DNA of 64,000 nucleotides, from positions 1,504,001-1,568,000 of the forward strand of contig CBDCJH010000002.1 in the NCBI GenBank assembly GCA_965217775.1, read 5' to 3'. The notes under the pieces are model-generated. The model saw nothing but the letters and a program-made list of their open reading frames with translations, ran no database searches and was not told where the DNA came from. A program made the translations under genes and the position numbers. Source of the stretch: Acidobacteriota bacterium. GTDB taxonomy: Bacteria > Acidobacteriota > UBA6911 > RPQK01 > JAJDTT01. Shown here in pieces: positions 10,844-20,043 of the stretch (the first letter of the stretch is position 1; every line of letters begins with the position of its first letter).

Positions 10844-12019
10844 ATGAAAGGCCACGCAACTATCCAGTGCAGAGCCAAGCTGTCCAAGGGTGGAATCCGG
10901 CGGTTGGACCGGGTGAGGTCCATCCTGAATCGGCTGTACAACGCTGCACTGGAGGAACGCAGAACGGCCTGGGAATCCGAGCAACGCGGCGTGACCCTGT
11001 ACGATCAGATGAAGGGGTTGACCTCCCAGAGGAAGGACGATCCGGAGGGGCTCGGGTCGGTGGCGGTCAAAGCGGAGCGTGGGATGTTGATGCGGTTGGA
11101 CCGGGCCTTCAAGGCGTTCTTCCGTCGCTGCAAGGCGGGGGAGAAGCCGGGGTATCCTCGATTCCGGCCCATTGCGAGGATGGAGACCATCGACGTCGTC
11201 GACCCGAAGGCGACCCTGGTGAAGAAGCGCGCTCGGGGCTACGCCATCCGGCCCAAGGGCTTCCCGACGATCCGGATCTTTCCGTCCCGGCCGTTGCCGG
11301 ACGGATGCCCGTTGAAAGCGTTGCGGATTGTCCGCAAGCCGAACCGGGTGTATGTGGACCTGACCTACGAGGTGGAGAAGCCGCCGCTACCGAAATGCGA
11401 GTCTTCGGTAGGGATCGACCTGGGCGTCCGCAAGCGAGCGGTGCTGTCCACGGGTGAGAGGATCGAACGGAATAGACGGGACTGGGCGGGGATCCGAAAG
11501 CAGCAGAGAAAGGTCTCCAGGTGCAAGAAGATTTCCAAGACCAGACGGAAGCGGATCGTACAGCTATCTCGGCTCCGTCACCGGGAATCGGTCCGAAACC
11601 GTAATGCCTGCCATCGTCTCTCCAGCAGGATCATTCGTGAGCACGGTCTGATCGCTGTGGAGAAGCTGAACATCCAAGGGATGGTAACGAAGGGCTCGAA
11701 GAAGAAGGGGCTGAATCGAGAAATACTGACGCAATCATGGGGGCTTCTGCGGAATCAACTCCAGTACAAGGCAGAATGGGCCGGTCGGAAGTTCGTAGAA
11801 GTGAATCCCGCATTTACCTCGCAGGACTGCCACCGGTGCGGCGCCCGCCACGATCCAGGACGGAGCGAAACCTTCCGGTGCAGGGCCTGCGGACTTGGAA
11901 TGGACAGGGACCACAATGCCGCCCTGAACATTCTCAGGGCTGGGGTTCTTGCCCTGGGCACCGGAACGTATCTCGTTGGGGAAAGCGTGGTGCCAGAACT
12001 GTATGCCAAGGGCACTTAG
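10844..12019 (+). CDS. tnpB: RNA-guided endonuclease TnpB (IS200/IS605 OrfB family), catalytic motifs intact
   Basis: LYNAALEER, AFKAFFRRCKAGEKPGYPRF; RuvC-I GIDLG, RuvC-II IAVEKL, Zn finger CHRCG/CRACG after TSQ, RuvC-III DRDHNAALNI. Confidence 0.95.
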   Translation: MKGHATIQCRAKLSKGGIRRLDRVRSILNRLYNAALEERRTAWESEQRGVTLYDQMKGLTSQRKDDPEGLGSVAVKAERGMLMRLDRAFKAFFRRCKAGEKPGYPRFRPIARMETIDVVDPKATLVKKRARGYAIRPKGFPTIRIFPSRPLPDGCPLKALRIVRKPNRVYVDLTYEVEKPPLPKCESSVGIDLGVRKRAVLSTGERIERNRRDWAGIRKQQRKVSRCKKISKTRRKRIVQLSRLRHRESVRNRNACHRLSSRIIREHGLIAVEKLNIQGMVTKGSKKKGLNREILTQSWGLLRNQLQYKAEWAGRKFVEVNPAFTSQDCHRCGARHDPGRSETFRCRACGLGMDRDHNAALNILRAGVLALGTGTYLVGESVVPELYAKGT

Positions 12020-12052
12020 GTATATAAGCCCCAAACCGTTTACTTCGCAGTC
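11930..12052 (+). ncRNA. Predicted TnpB omega-RNA (scaffold overlapping the tnpB 3' end and right TIR; guide = TSD plus flank)
   Basis: Stems seen by eye: CAGGGC/GCCCTG (11935-40/11951-56), GGCACC/GGTGCC (11957-62/11989-94), TGTATGCC/GGTATATA (12000-07/12019-26, two G-U pairs). Loop GGGGTT (11942-47) can pair with terminal AGCCCC (12027-32). Boundaries inferred by analogy with IS200/IS605 omega-RNAs. Confidence 0.6.
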
Positions 12053-13392
12053 CTCGAGCACGCGACGCATACTCATTTGTACCGGTGAGTCGAAGCGTAG
12101 CAGCTCCTCGACCGCCGCCGGAACCAAACTCGGATTCTCTCTAAGTTGTTGAAGCTGATCCGGATGACGCAAAAGGGCCAGCATGCTGTTGCCAATCATG
12201 TTGGTCGTGGTCTCATTGCCGGCAATCAGGAGCAGGCGCAGCATATTCAACGTTTCGCGCTCAGTCAGTTGGTTGCCCTCTTCCTCCGCTCGAACCAACG
12301 CGCTCACGATGTTGTCCTGGGGCGCCACGCGGCATTCCTTGATGATCGGCCGGAAATAGCCATCGAAGGCCTCGGAGGTGGCCTCGGCGACCGCGCGATC
12401 ACGGTCGTCTATCGTCGGCTCCAGAAGGCGCGCACGCTGATCCGACCAGATCTTGAATTGGGCGCGGTCCTTTGGCGGCACGCCCAGCATCTCGGCGATG
12501 ACGGTCACCGGCAGCGGTTGGGCCACTGCCTCCATGAGATCGAAGCCGGTGGGATCGTCGATGTCATCCAATAACTCCCCGAGAAGACTTCCGATGCGCG
12601 GCTCCAGGGCGTTCACGGCGCGTGAGATCGCCTTTGCGCGGATCGTTGCTGAAGCGCCTGTGGTCTCGCAGGATGGCATCCACGTCCGCGTGGCGCGTGA
12701 ACACCCAGGCATGCATCAGGCGGCTCCGGTGCACTGGGTCCCGTTCGCGTAGCGCCGCGTAGAGAGGATAGGGATTCTGAACGGTGCCGCTCGACAACGG
12801 ATTGTATGCGACACCGCTCTCCCAACGTTCACGCATGAGCATCGTGCGTGCGGCGACTGTCCGTATCGCGGTGCGAATTGCGTGTGTCATCGACCCCTCA
12901 GTGCGAGTATCCGAGTAAATCTTGCAAGGCGTTCCTGGCAGCCGCCAGGAATTTGTCTAATACAGGCATGCCGAAAGAAGCTTACACTTTTTGCCAAGTA
13001 TCGAGATCTTGCCAATATCACCCTCGATGTTGGCGATTTCTCGTCTGGCGGCCTTCCGGTTTTCGGGTCCCGGAAGTACGCCCGGGGGACCAGACTTCAG
13101 TGACTCCCACAGACTCATTGTTTCGGGCGATCGGTCGAATTTCCTGTCTTCAGAGGAGACGGGGGGATAGTCTTGTCCCCCGATTCCCATCTTCCCGTTC
13201 CGCGATGACGGTCGGCAGTTCGGCATCTGGAAAGCCGCCGTTCCTGGGCGGTGGGGGAGCTTCGATCGTTCCTCCACCGCGCCTTTGATTTGCTGTCGAT
13301 AGCAAATTACTCCCCCGGTTTTGCTATTGATAGCGAATACTTGCGGACGTCAGTCTACGGATCTCGTTCTCTGGTTGGACGATCCGCCTCTT

Positions 13393-14013
13393 CTATCGCG
13401 TCCAGTCGTCCGGGTCCGGGATTCCGCGGCTGGTCAACACCTCCATGCCCGGTTCTTGAGACAACGCGGAGACCGCATCATCGCGGACCCGGACGGCGTC
13501 CGAACGATCTCGCAGGATCCCGCGAATCTGCCCAGTGCGAGGATTGCGCAGGATGGTGACCGGCCGGTCGGTGTCCTGATCCAGCGTGACCGAACCACCG
13601 GGGCCGGAAAGCGTGATGCCGGCCAGAGCTTCAGGCCAATCGGGCTGCACGGGCAGGACGAAGGCGAAGGAGGATCTGCCGTCTCCGTCGGCCACTTTCG
13701 GCATCTCGAAGCTCAAGTCAGAATCGAACAGATCCCGGACGGACTTTCCGTCCGGGTCGTAGACCTAGACCCGAACCTCGGCCGCAGCCTCCGGGTCGAC
13801 GTTGCTGATCACCAACTGCACCGACCATCCCCCTCCATCCACGTAGTCCGGGAAGTACAGGGTTGTCTCGGTGGGTTCTTGGGTCTGACGGGGAATCGAA
13901 TCGTCGCCCGCAGGGCGAGCGGTCTCCATCCGCTCGGCGGGTCGCTGCACCGAATACAAAGCGGGCAACAGAAGGCCAACCAGAAACAGAGCCCAGATTT
14001 TCTTCACGGCCAT
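13393..14013 (-). pseudogene. Remnant of a large secreted protein: in-frame TAG at 13765-13767 and probable large internal deletion
   Basis: Signal peptide plus LYFPDYVDGGGWSVQLVISNV, then TAG; reading continues in frame VYDPDGKSVRDLFDSDLSFEMPKVADGDG...GQIRGILRD. Confidence 0.6.
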
Positions 14014-14325
14014 GCTCGCCTTCTGCTACTCACCCCAGTGAAGCAACCCTCTCCCAGTGGGAATGGCTTCACGGGCCGGAGCATCGACCTTGGTGATCTT
14101 TACCCACGAAGACCGTGATCCTTATTTCATGGATCACGCGGCCGCACGGACCCTACCGGGAAACCGGCGTCAAGCGGCCTATCTTGGCATCTTATGACTT
14201 AGTGACGTTTGGGAAACGAAAACCGGACAGGTCCGCCACGTGAAAAAGAGTTTGGTATCGGAAAAAGTCTGTTCCCGACCGCGCTATAAGGGGTTCGGCC
14301 GACGGGGCTCCATCCTGCGAGAAGG

Positions 14326-14630
14326 TCACCTGCTTGTACTGCAACTCGACGACACTGCAATCGCGGCTCCGTTGCCCAGACCGTCCTTCGGATAGGCTCG
14401 AATCGTCTGCATGGCCACTTTCGAAATTTTCGCCTTCGCGGCGTGCACCCCGAGTTTCATTTGGGTCGTGGACAGGCCTTCAAATTGCCCTACGACCCGA
14501 TCCCCATTCTTCAATTCCACGGTGATGGGCGTCCCAAACCCCAGATTCGAGACTTTCTCCCAGTGGCTGGGGATCACCTCCGCGCGCGTGGGCTGTGAAG
14601 TCAATCCCACGAGGATCAAAATACGGTTGG
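14326..14630 (-). pseudogene. Fragment of a hypothetical protein (HWEKV...TPITVELKNGDRV...), its 5' end abutting a REP
   Basis: Protein-like Sm/LSm-like stretch with no credible start; the 5' end runs into the REP at about 14629. Confidence 0.35.
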
Positions 14631-14768
14631 AGGGGACATTCGTTTCCCCCATTTCCCATCTTCCCGTTCCACACGGGAGGCGGCGACTGGGATCAACTCA
14701 AGCCTGCGTCGCGGCGTTGCAACGAAGCGACTTGGACCGCGTTGTCGAAGTGGGGACAAACGAAGCAC

Positions 14769-14975
14769 TTAACGAATCGATCTGACCAGATGCCAGGAGA
14801 CAACGTGCCGACCCGCCATGCAGCAGGGGAGTGCCTCCCCTTGGCGGATCAGCTTCCTCTCCCGGTGGCGGCAGTCCGATTCGTACACGCCGGGGATTTC
14901 ACAACGCTCACCGGTCTTGGCGATCTGTAGATCCGGCGACTCTCTAATGACAGAAAATCCCTGCGCTTTCGTCAT
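14769..14975 (-). CDS. Small YjzC-like / zinc-ribbon protein (68 aa)
   Basis: AAGGA RBS before ATG 14975; KTGERCEIPGVYESDC..H...GEALPCC...VSW pattern. Confidence 0.55.
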   Translation of the reverse strand: MTKAQGFSVIRESPDLQIAKTGERCEIPGVYESDCRHRERKLIRQGEALPCCMAGRHVVSWHLVRSIR

Positions 14976-15299
14976 TTTCCTTGGACCCCTGCTCCCTGGT
15001 TCCCCCCAGGGTGACTTGTGATCCCTATGCAATGGTGATGGGTTCTCCGCAGAAGATAGCGGTACCAAACGCCACCCACAGCACTGAATGGAAGGCCACC
15101 TCCAAAAATATACAGTGAATAAGTGAATTTTATATGACAATAGGGGCGTATCTACTGACAATACTATGAATTATTATCCGAAGACCCTATCATTGGATCC
15201 CACAGGAGTCCGATGCGTCTCAAACCCGGCTCCTCCATCGAGTCGATGGACCGGAACGCTGAACCGAGGCTCGATCCGGGGTCCGGCAAGGAAAGGCGA

Positions 15300-17654
15300 A
15301 TGCAGCGTCCCGAGGAACTGAGGCGAGAGATCGAAGCACTACGGGAGCGCATCTCCAAGCTGAGCGCGGCCAGTCTGCGCATCAGCTCGAGCCTGGACCT
15401 CAATACCGTCCTGCGCGAGGTTGTGGAAAGCGCCCGCGAGCTCACCGGCGCTCGCTACGGAGCCATCACGATCCTCGACGACTCTAGACAGCCCCAGGAC
15501 TTCGTCACTTCCGGCCTGACTCCCGACGACCACCGCCGGTTGCTGGACTGGTCCGACAGTTGGCGTTTCTTCGAGCACCTACGTGATCTTCCGGGACCGC
15601 TGAGACTGGGGGACCTGCACGGCTACGTCCGATCGCTCGGCTATTCCCCGGACGTGTTGCCGCCGTCCACCTTCCAGGGTACGCCAATGCATCATCAGGG
15701 CGTGCAAGTCGGCAATTTCTTTCTCGGTGGGAAGGAAGACGGACGGGGGTTCACGAGCGAGGATGAAGAGGTCCTGGTGTTGTTCGCGGCGCAGGCGGCG
15801 ACGGCGATTGCGAACGCCCACGCCTTCCGAAACGAACAGCGGGCCCGGGCCGACCTGGAGGCCTTGGTCGACATCTCACCCGTCGGCGTCGCGGTCTTCG
15901 ATGCCAAGTCCGGCAAGGCAGTGTCGTTCAATCGGGAGGTGAATCGGATTCTCGGAGGCCTGCTCTCGCCGGGCCACGGTGTGGAAGAACTGCTGGAGGT
16001 AGTGACGGTGCGCCGCCCTGACGGATGGGAGATCTCGCTGGAAGAATTTCCCCCAGCTCAGGCGATGAGCAACGCTCCGACGATCCGCGCCGAGGAGATC
16101 GTCCTCCAGGTGCCCGACGGCCGGAGTGTCACGACGCTGATGAACACTGCGCCGATCCGGTCCGAGGCCGGCACGATCGAGTCCGTGGTCGTCACGATGC
16201 AGGATTTGGCTCCTCTGGAGGAGTTGGAGCGGTTGCGGGCCGAGTTCCTGGGCATGGTGAGCCACGAACTGCGGGTCCCTCTGGCTTCCATCAGGGGCTT
16301 GGCCATCACCGTGCTGGGTTCGTCGTCGGTTCCCGACCCGGCCGAGATGCTCCAGTTCTTCCGCATCATCGACGAGCAGGCGGAGCACATGCACGGCCTG
16401 ATCAGCGATCTGCTGGATGCGGGCCGCATCGAGGCGGGGACATTGTCGGTCTCCCCGGAGGCGGCGGACGTGGCCGACTTGGTGGACCAGGCCAGAAACA
16501 CGTTCCTGAGTGGCGGCGGCCGGCACACTATCCGCATCGACCTTCCTCCGGACCTGCCCCGGGTGATGGCCGACAAGCGGCGGATCATCCAAGTCTTGAA
16601 CAATCTCTTGTCCAACGCTGCCAGGCACTCTCCCGAGTCGTCCCCCATCCGGGTCGCCGCGGCGCGGGATGGCGTCCACGTGGCGATCTCGGTCGCCGAC
16701 GAAGGCCTGGGAGTGCCTCCGGAACAGTTGCCGCACCTGTTCCGAAAACACGCGCGGGTCGGCGACAATCGCGGGATCGGGGGGTCCGGCCTGGGGCTGG
16801 CCATCTGCAAGGGTCTGGTGGAGGCTCACGGCGGGCGCATCCGGGCCGAGAGTGGCGGGGTGGGCCTGGGAACGCGGTTCACCTTCACGATTCCAGTGGT
16901 CCAAGAGGCCAGCCCCGCAGCCGGGTCCGGCTTCGCCCGGAGTTCGTCCAACGCGTCTCGGGGCGGCCAGGAACGAACTCGCGTCCTGGTGGTGGACGAC
17001 GACCCGCAGACGCTCCGTTACGTTCGTGACACTTTGCTGGGAGCAGGCTACGTGCCGTTCGTGACAGGCGACCCGCGGGAGGTATCCCACCTCATCAAGA
17101 CGAAGCAGCCCCGGCTGGTCCTGTTGGACCTGTTATTTCCCGGGATCGATGGAATCCAATTGATGCAGCATGTCCCCGAAATGGCTGACTTGCCGGTCAT
17201 CTTCATCTCCGGCTACGGCAGGGACGAGACCATCGCCAGGGCCTTGGACGTCGGAGCCGTCGATTACATCGTCAAGCCTTTCTCGCCGACCGAGTTGACG
17301 GCAAGAGTCCGGGCGGCCCTGCGCCGGCGGGACGAGCCGCCGGAACCCTTTCGGTTGCGGGATCTGGCCATCCACTATGAGGCCCGCCGCGTGACCGTGG
17401 CCGGCCGGCCGGTGCGACTTACGGCGACCGAATACGAGCTGCTCCGAACACTCTCGGTCAACGCGGGCCGGATCCTGACGTACGATTCGCTGCTACGCCA
17501 AGTCTGGGACCGGCGGGAATCCACCGACCATCGGGTGGTGCACGCCTACGTGAAGAGGCTCCGCCGCAAGCTGGGCGATGACGCGGCCAGTCCTGTCTAC
17601 ATCTTCACCGAGCGCCAAGTCGGCTACCGCATGCCCAGACCAGGCGACCTGTGA
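15300..17654 (+). CDS. Hybrid sensor: GAF-PAS-HisKA-HATPase-receiver-OmpR-type winged-helix DNA-binding domain
   Basis: VSHELRVPL H-box, NLLSNAARH N-box, GSGLGLAI G2 box, VLVVDDD/LLDL/KPF receiver, LTATEYELL...LRRKLG...GYR wHTH. Start placed at ATG 15300. Confidence 0.9.
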   Translation: MQRPEELRREIEALRERISKLSAASLRISSSLDLNTVLREVVESARELTGARYGAITILDDSRQPQDFVTSGLTPDDHRRLLDWSDSWRFFEHLRDLPGPLRLGDLHGYVRSLGYSPDVLPPSTFQGTPMHHQGVQVGNFFLGGKEDGRGFTSEDEEVLVLFAAQAATAIANAHAFRNEQRARADLEALVDISPVGVAVFDAKSGKAVSFNREVNRILGGLLSPGHGVEELLEVVTVRRPDGWEISLEEFPPAQAMSNAPTIRAEEIVLQVPDGRSVTTLMNTAPIRSEAGTIESVVVTMQDLAPLEELERLRAEFLGMVSHELRVPLASIRGLAITVLGSSSVPDPAEMLQFFRIIDEQAEHMHGLISDLLDAGRIEAGTLSVSPEAADVADLVDQARNTFLSGGGRHTIRIDLPPDLPRVMADKRRIIQVLNNLLSNAARHSPESSPIRVAAARDGVHVAISVADEGLGVPPEQLPHLFRKHARVGDNRGIGGSGLGLAICKGLVEAHGGRIRAESGGVGLGTRFTFTIPVVQEASPAAGSGFARSSSNASRGGQERTRVLVVDDDPQTLRYVRDTLLGAGYVPFVTGDPREVSHLIKTKQPRLVLLDLLFPGIDGIQLMQHVPEMADLPVIFISGYGRDETIARALDVGAVDYIVKPFSPTELTARVRAALRRRDEPPEPFRLRDLAIHYEARRVTVAGRPVRLTATEYELLRTLSVNAGRILTYDSLLRQVWDRRESTDHRVVHAYVKRLRRKLGDDAASPVYIFTERQVGYRMPRPGDL

Positions 17655-18129
17655 GGACCCTCCGTTTGCGATGGAGTCCCACAGGAGGCGATACAGACAT
17701 GGGCTCTCCGGGTTGGGAAAGAGAATGACGGCACAAAGTCACGTCCGGAGCCGGGAAGCGGGGGTCAGGGGTAGGGGATAGCGCTGGTCCTCTCCGTCCG
17801 GACCGCGTTTCCGGCGGCTCAGGGCTAATCCGAGCCCGCCGAAAGAAAGAGGGCGGGAGTAAAGAAAGTAACTGTCCCATTTACCTGCGTTTTCCCATCC
17901 GATTCAACCGGTTAGCTCAAATTCGACGCGTCAAATCCCGGGAACTTCGGTCAAGAACCGTCGAGAGATCGGCCGCCGGTTGATCCGCAGCCACGCCCCA
18001 GTTACCATTATTTTCCGCGCTGAAGAGCAGCTGCGAATGCAAGCCCGTGCGAAGGGGAAGCGCGGTAGCGCGAAACCTTCAGCAATAGGACGCAGCCAGT
18101 AGAACAATTGAGGTACCAGGGGGCGGTTC

Positions 18130-19788
18130 GTGAAGCATATGAAGTGGTGGGGATGGGGAGAAGAGGGCGTCTCTTTCCGCCACGATGACAAGCCGGCATT
18201 CGCACAGTTCATTAAGGATGTGATCGACATCGACGTTACGCTGCCGCCCGTTTCCGTAACGAATCTCGACAGTTTTCCGCTGCCATCCCCATGTGCGCCG
18301 CCTGGATTACAGGCTTCCCTCGAAGCAATAGTTGGAACCGGCAACCTGAAGTGTGATCCGCTGGATCGAGTCGTTCACGCCTACGGAAAGAGCCTGCGGG
18401 ATCTTGTAAGGATTCGACGAGGCGACTTTGGTCGTACTCCCGATCTGGTCACTTACCCCGGATCAGAGGATGAAGTTGTTCGAATCGTGCGGACAGCGCT
18501 CTCTGCGGACGCGGTGGTGATTCCTTTCGGTGGAGGGACGAATATCGCTGGTTGCCTGGAAGCGCCGCGCGGCGAAATCCGTACCGTAATCTCTGTCGAT
18601 ATGTGCCGCATGAACCGTGTGCTGGAGATCGATGAGGTTTCGAGGCTCGCCCGCATTCAACCCGGAGCGCTGGGGCCGGACCTCGAGCGCCAGTTGAATG
18701 CGAGAGGATGGACTCTGGGACATTTCCCGGACAGCTTCAATCACGCCTCTCTGGGCGGCTGGATCGCGACCCGATCTGTCGGAATGCAATCCGACAAATA
18801 CGGCGATTTCGCGGACCTGACAAAGGCCTTCCGCGTGGTGACGCCCGCAGGTGTGCTGGTCACGAGGCCAGTTCCCAGTGCCGCCACGGGCCCCAGCGTC
18901 AAGGAGATGATCCTCGGCAGCGAAGGCCGTCTCGGCATTATCACCGAGGCTACCGTGCATGTGCATCGCGTTCCGCAAAAGCGCCAGATCTATGGATATC
19001 TGTTTCCGGACTGGACTGGCGGATTGGAGGCTATGGCGGCCATTGCGGCAAGCGATGCATTTCCATCCGTCACACGTATATCGGACGTCAACGAGACCCG
19101 TTTCTATTTCGCGACCAAAAAGCATGAAGCGTTGGTTGGACGTATGAAGTCGGCTCTTTCCAGGCTTTACCTTGAACGCGTGAAGCGCTTTGATGTTCGG
19201 CAGATGTGCCTCTCGTTCATTGGCTATGAAGGCTCCGAGAAACACGTGAAATCTCAAAAACGCCTGGTCGATTCAATCGTTGCCGGATATGGAGGTATAT
19301 GCATTGGAACCGGGCCGGGTGAACTCTTTGACCGAAAAAAATTCGACGTTCCCTACATCCGGGATTTCCTGCTCGACCGCGGTGCTCTCGGCGATGTTTC
19401 AGAGACGGCGGCTCCATGGTCTCAACTCGGGTCTCTGTACGACGGTGTGATGAGCAGAGCGGAGAATGCATTCAAGGACATCGGCGTGAAGGGCTATATC
19501 ATGTGCCATCTCTCCCACTCGTATCACTGCGGCGCGTGCCTGTACTTCACGTTTGCTTTCCGGCCATTAAATGAAGCTCGCTCCCTGGAAGAGTACGATG
19601 CGGTCAAGGGAGCCATCCAGCAAGGCTTCATCGACTTCGGCGGTACATTGTCCCACCATCACGCCGTCGGCGTGGAGCACGCGCCATGGTTGGAACAGGA
19701 TATTTCGCCCGCCGGCGTAGCAATGATCCGCTCGCTGCTCGACGGCGTCGATCCACGACATAACTTCAACCCCGGAAAGATAGTCTAA
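18130..19788 (+). CDS. FAD-binding oxidoreductase, alkyl-dihydroxyacetonephosphate synthase-like
   Basis: KWWGWG N-terminus, PFGGGTN, GHFPDSF, GSEGRLGII, CHLSHSY, SHHHAVG, FNPGK. Confidence 0.85.
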   Translation: MKHMKWWGWGEEGVSFRHDDKPAFAQFIKDVIDIDVTLPPVSVTNLDSFPLPSPCAPPGLQASLEAIVGTGNLKCDPLDRVVHAYGKSLRDLVRIRRGDFGRTPDLVTYPGSEDEVVRIVRTALSADAVVIPFGGGTNIAGCLEAPRGEIRTVISVDMCRMNRVLEIDEVSRLARIQPGALGPDLERQLNARGWTLGHFPDSFNHASLGGWIATRSVGMQSDKYGDFADLTKAFRVVTPAGVLVTRPVPSAATGPSVKEMILGSEGRLGIITEATVHVHRVPQKRQIYGYLFPDWTGGLEAMAAIAASDAFPSVTRISDVNETRFYFATKKHEALVGRMKSALSRLYLERVKRFDVRQMCLSFIGYEGSEKHVKSQKRLVDSIVAGYGGICIGTGPGELFDRKKFDVPYIRDFLLDRGALGDVSETAAPWSQLGSLYDGVMSRAENAFKDIGVKGYIMCHLSHSYHCGACLYFTFAFRPLNEARSLEEYDAVKGAIQQGFIDFGGTLSHHHAVGVEHAPWLEQDISPAGVAMIRSLLDGVDPRHNFNPGKIV

Positions 19789-20043
19789 AGACAAGTCGGA
19801 GGGAATCAGGACGGCATCAACGGCTTAGAAGGGACACGCCGGGCGCCGGGCGGGAGAAGGGGACAGTCACTTTCTCTCTTCCTCGGTGCGATGACTGTCG
19901 AATGTTCGGCGGTTGGAAATCCGTATTTCCTGGACGGATGGGACGGCGACGTTTCAACCGGCCGCTCATCCAGGTTTTCGAGCCCTATTGTGACCTTGGG
20001 AGTTCGGGGATTAACAACCCCCGCTCCCAGGAGGTCCCGAACG

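Larger units (their letters stand above)
10789..12032 (+). mobile_element. Non-autonomous 1,244-bp element: IS1595(ISNwi)-like 22-bp TIRs, 8-bp TSD, tnpB as sole cargo
   Basis: Left TIR GGGGATTATATACGTAAGTGCC (10789-10810); right TIR GGCACTTAGGTATATAAGCCCC (12011-12032), 20/22 match. AAACCGTT directly repeated at 10781-10788 and 12033-12040. Confidence 0.93.
10480..12890 (-). pseudogene. Cytochrome P450, disrupted by the TIR-tnpB element and by an internal deletion/frameshift near 12620
   Basis: N-terminal NPYPLYAALRERDPVH; I-helix LIAGNETT; EELLRFDSPVQ; haem motif FGRGIHHCLG in the 10480-10788 fragment. Removing the element and one TSD copy restores CEVNGFPLR in frame. The usual DPPDHTRLR-type segment is missing at the frameshift. 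Confidence 0.93.

Noticed and set aside
10789-12032. Canonical IS200/IS605 or IS607 element, or an IStron restoring the P450
   Set aside because: It has TIRs and an 8-bp TSD, no tnpA, no room for a group I intron, and lies antisense to the P450.
13765-13767. Amber read-through (pyrrolysine or recoding)
   Set aside because: No pyl genes are in view, many genes here end in TAG normally, and the gene also looks internally deleted; a nonsense mutation is simpler.
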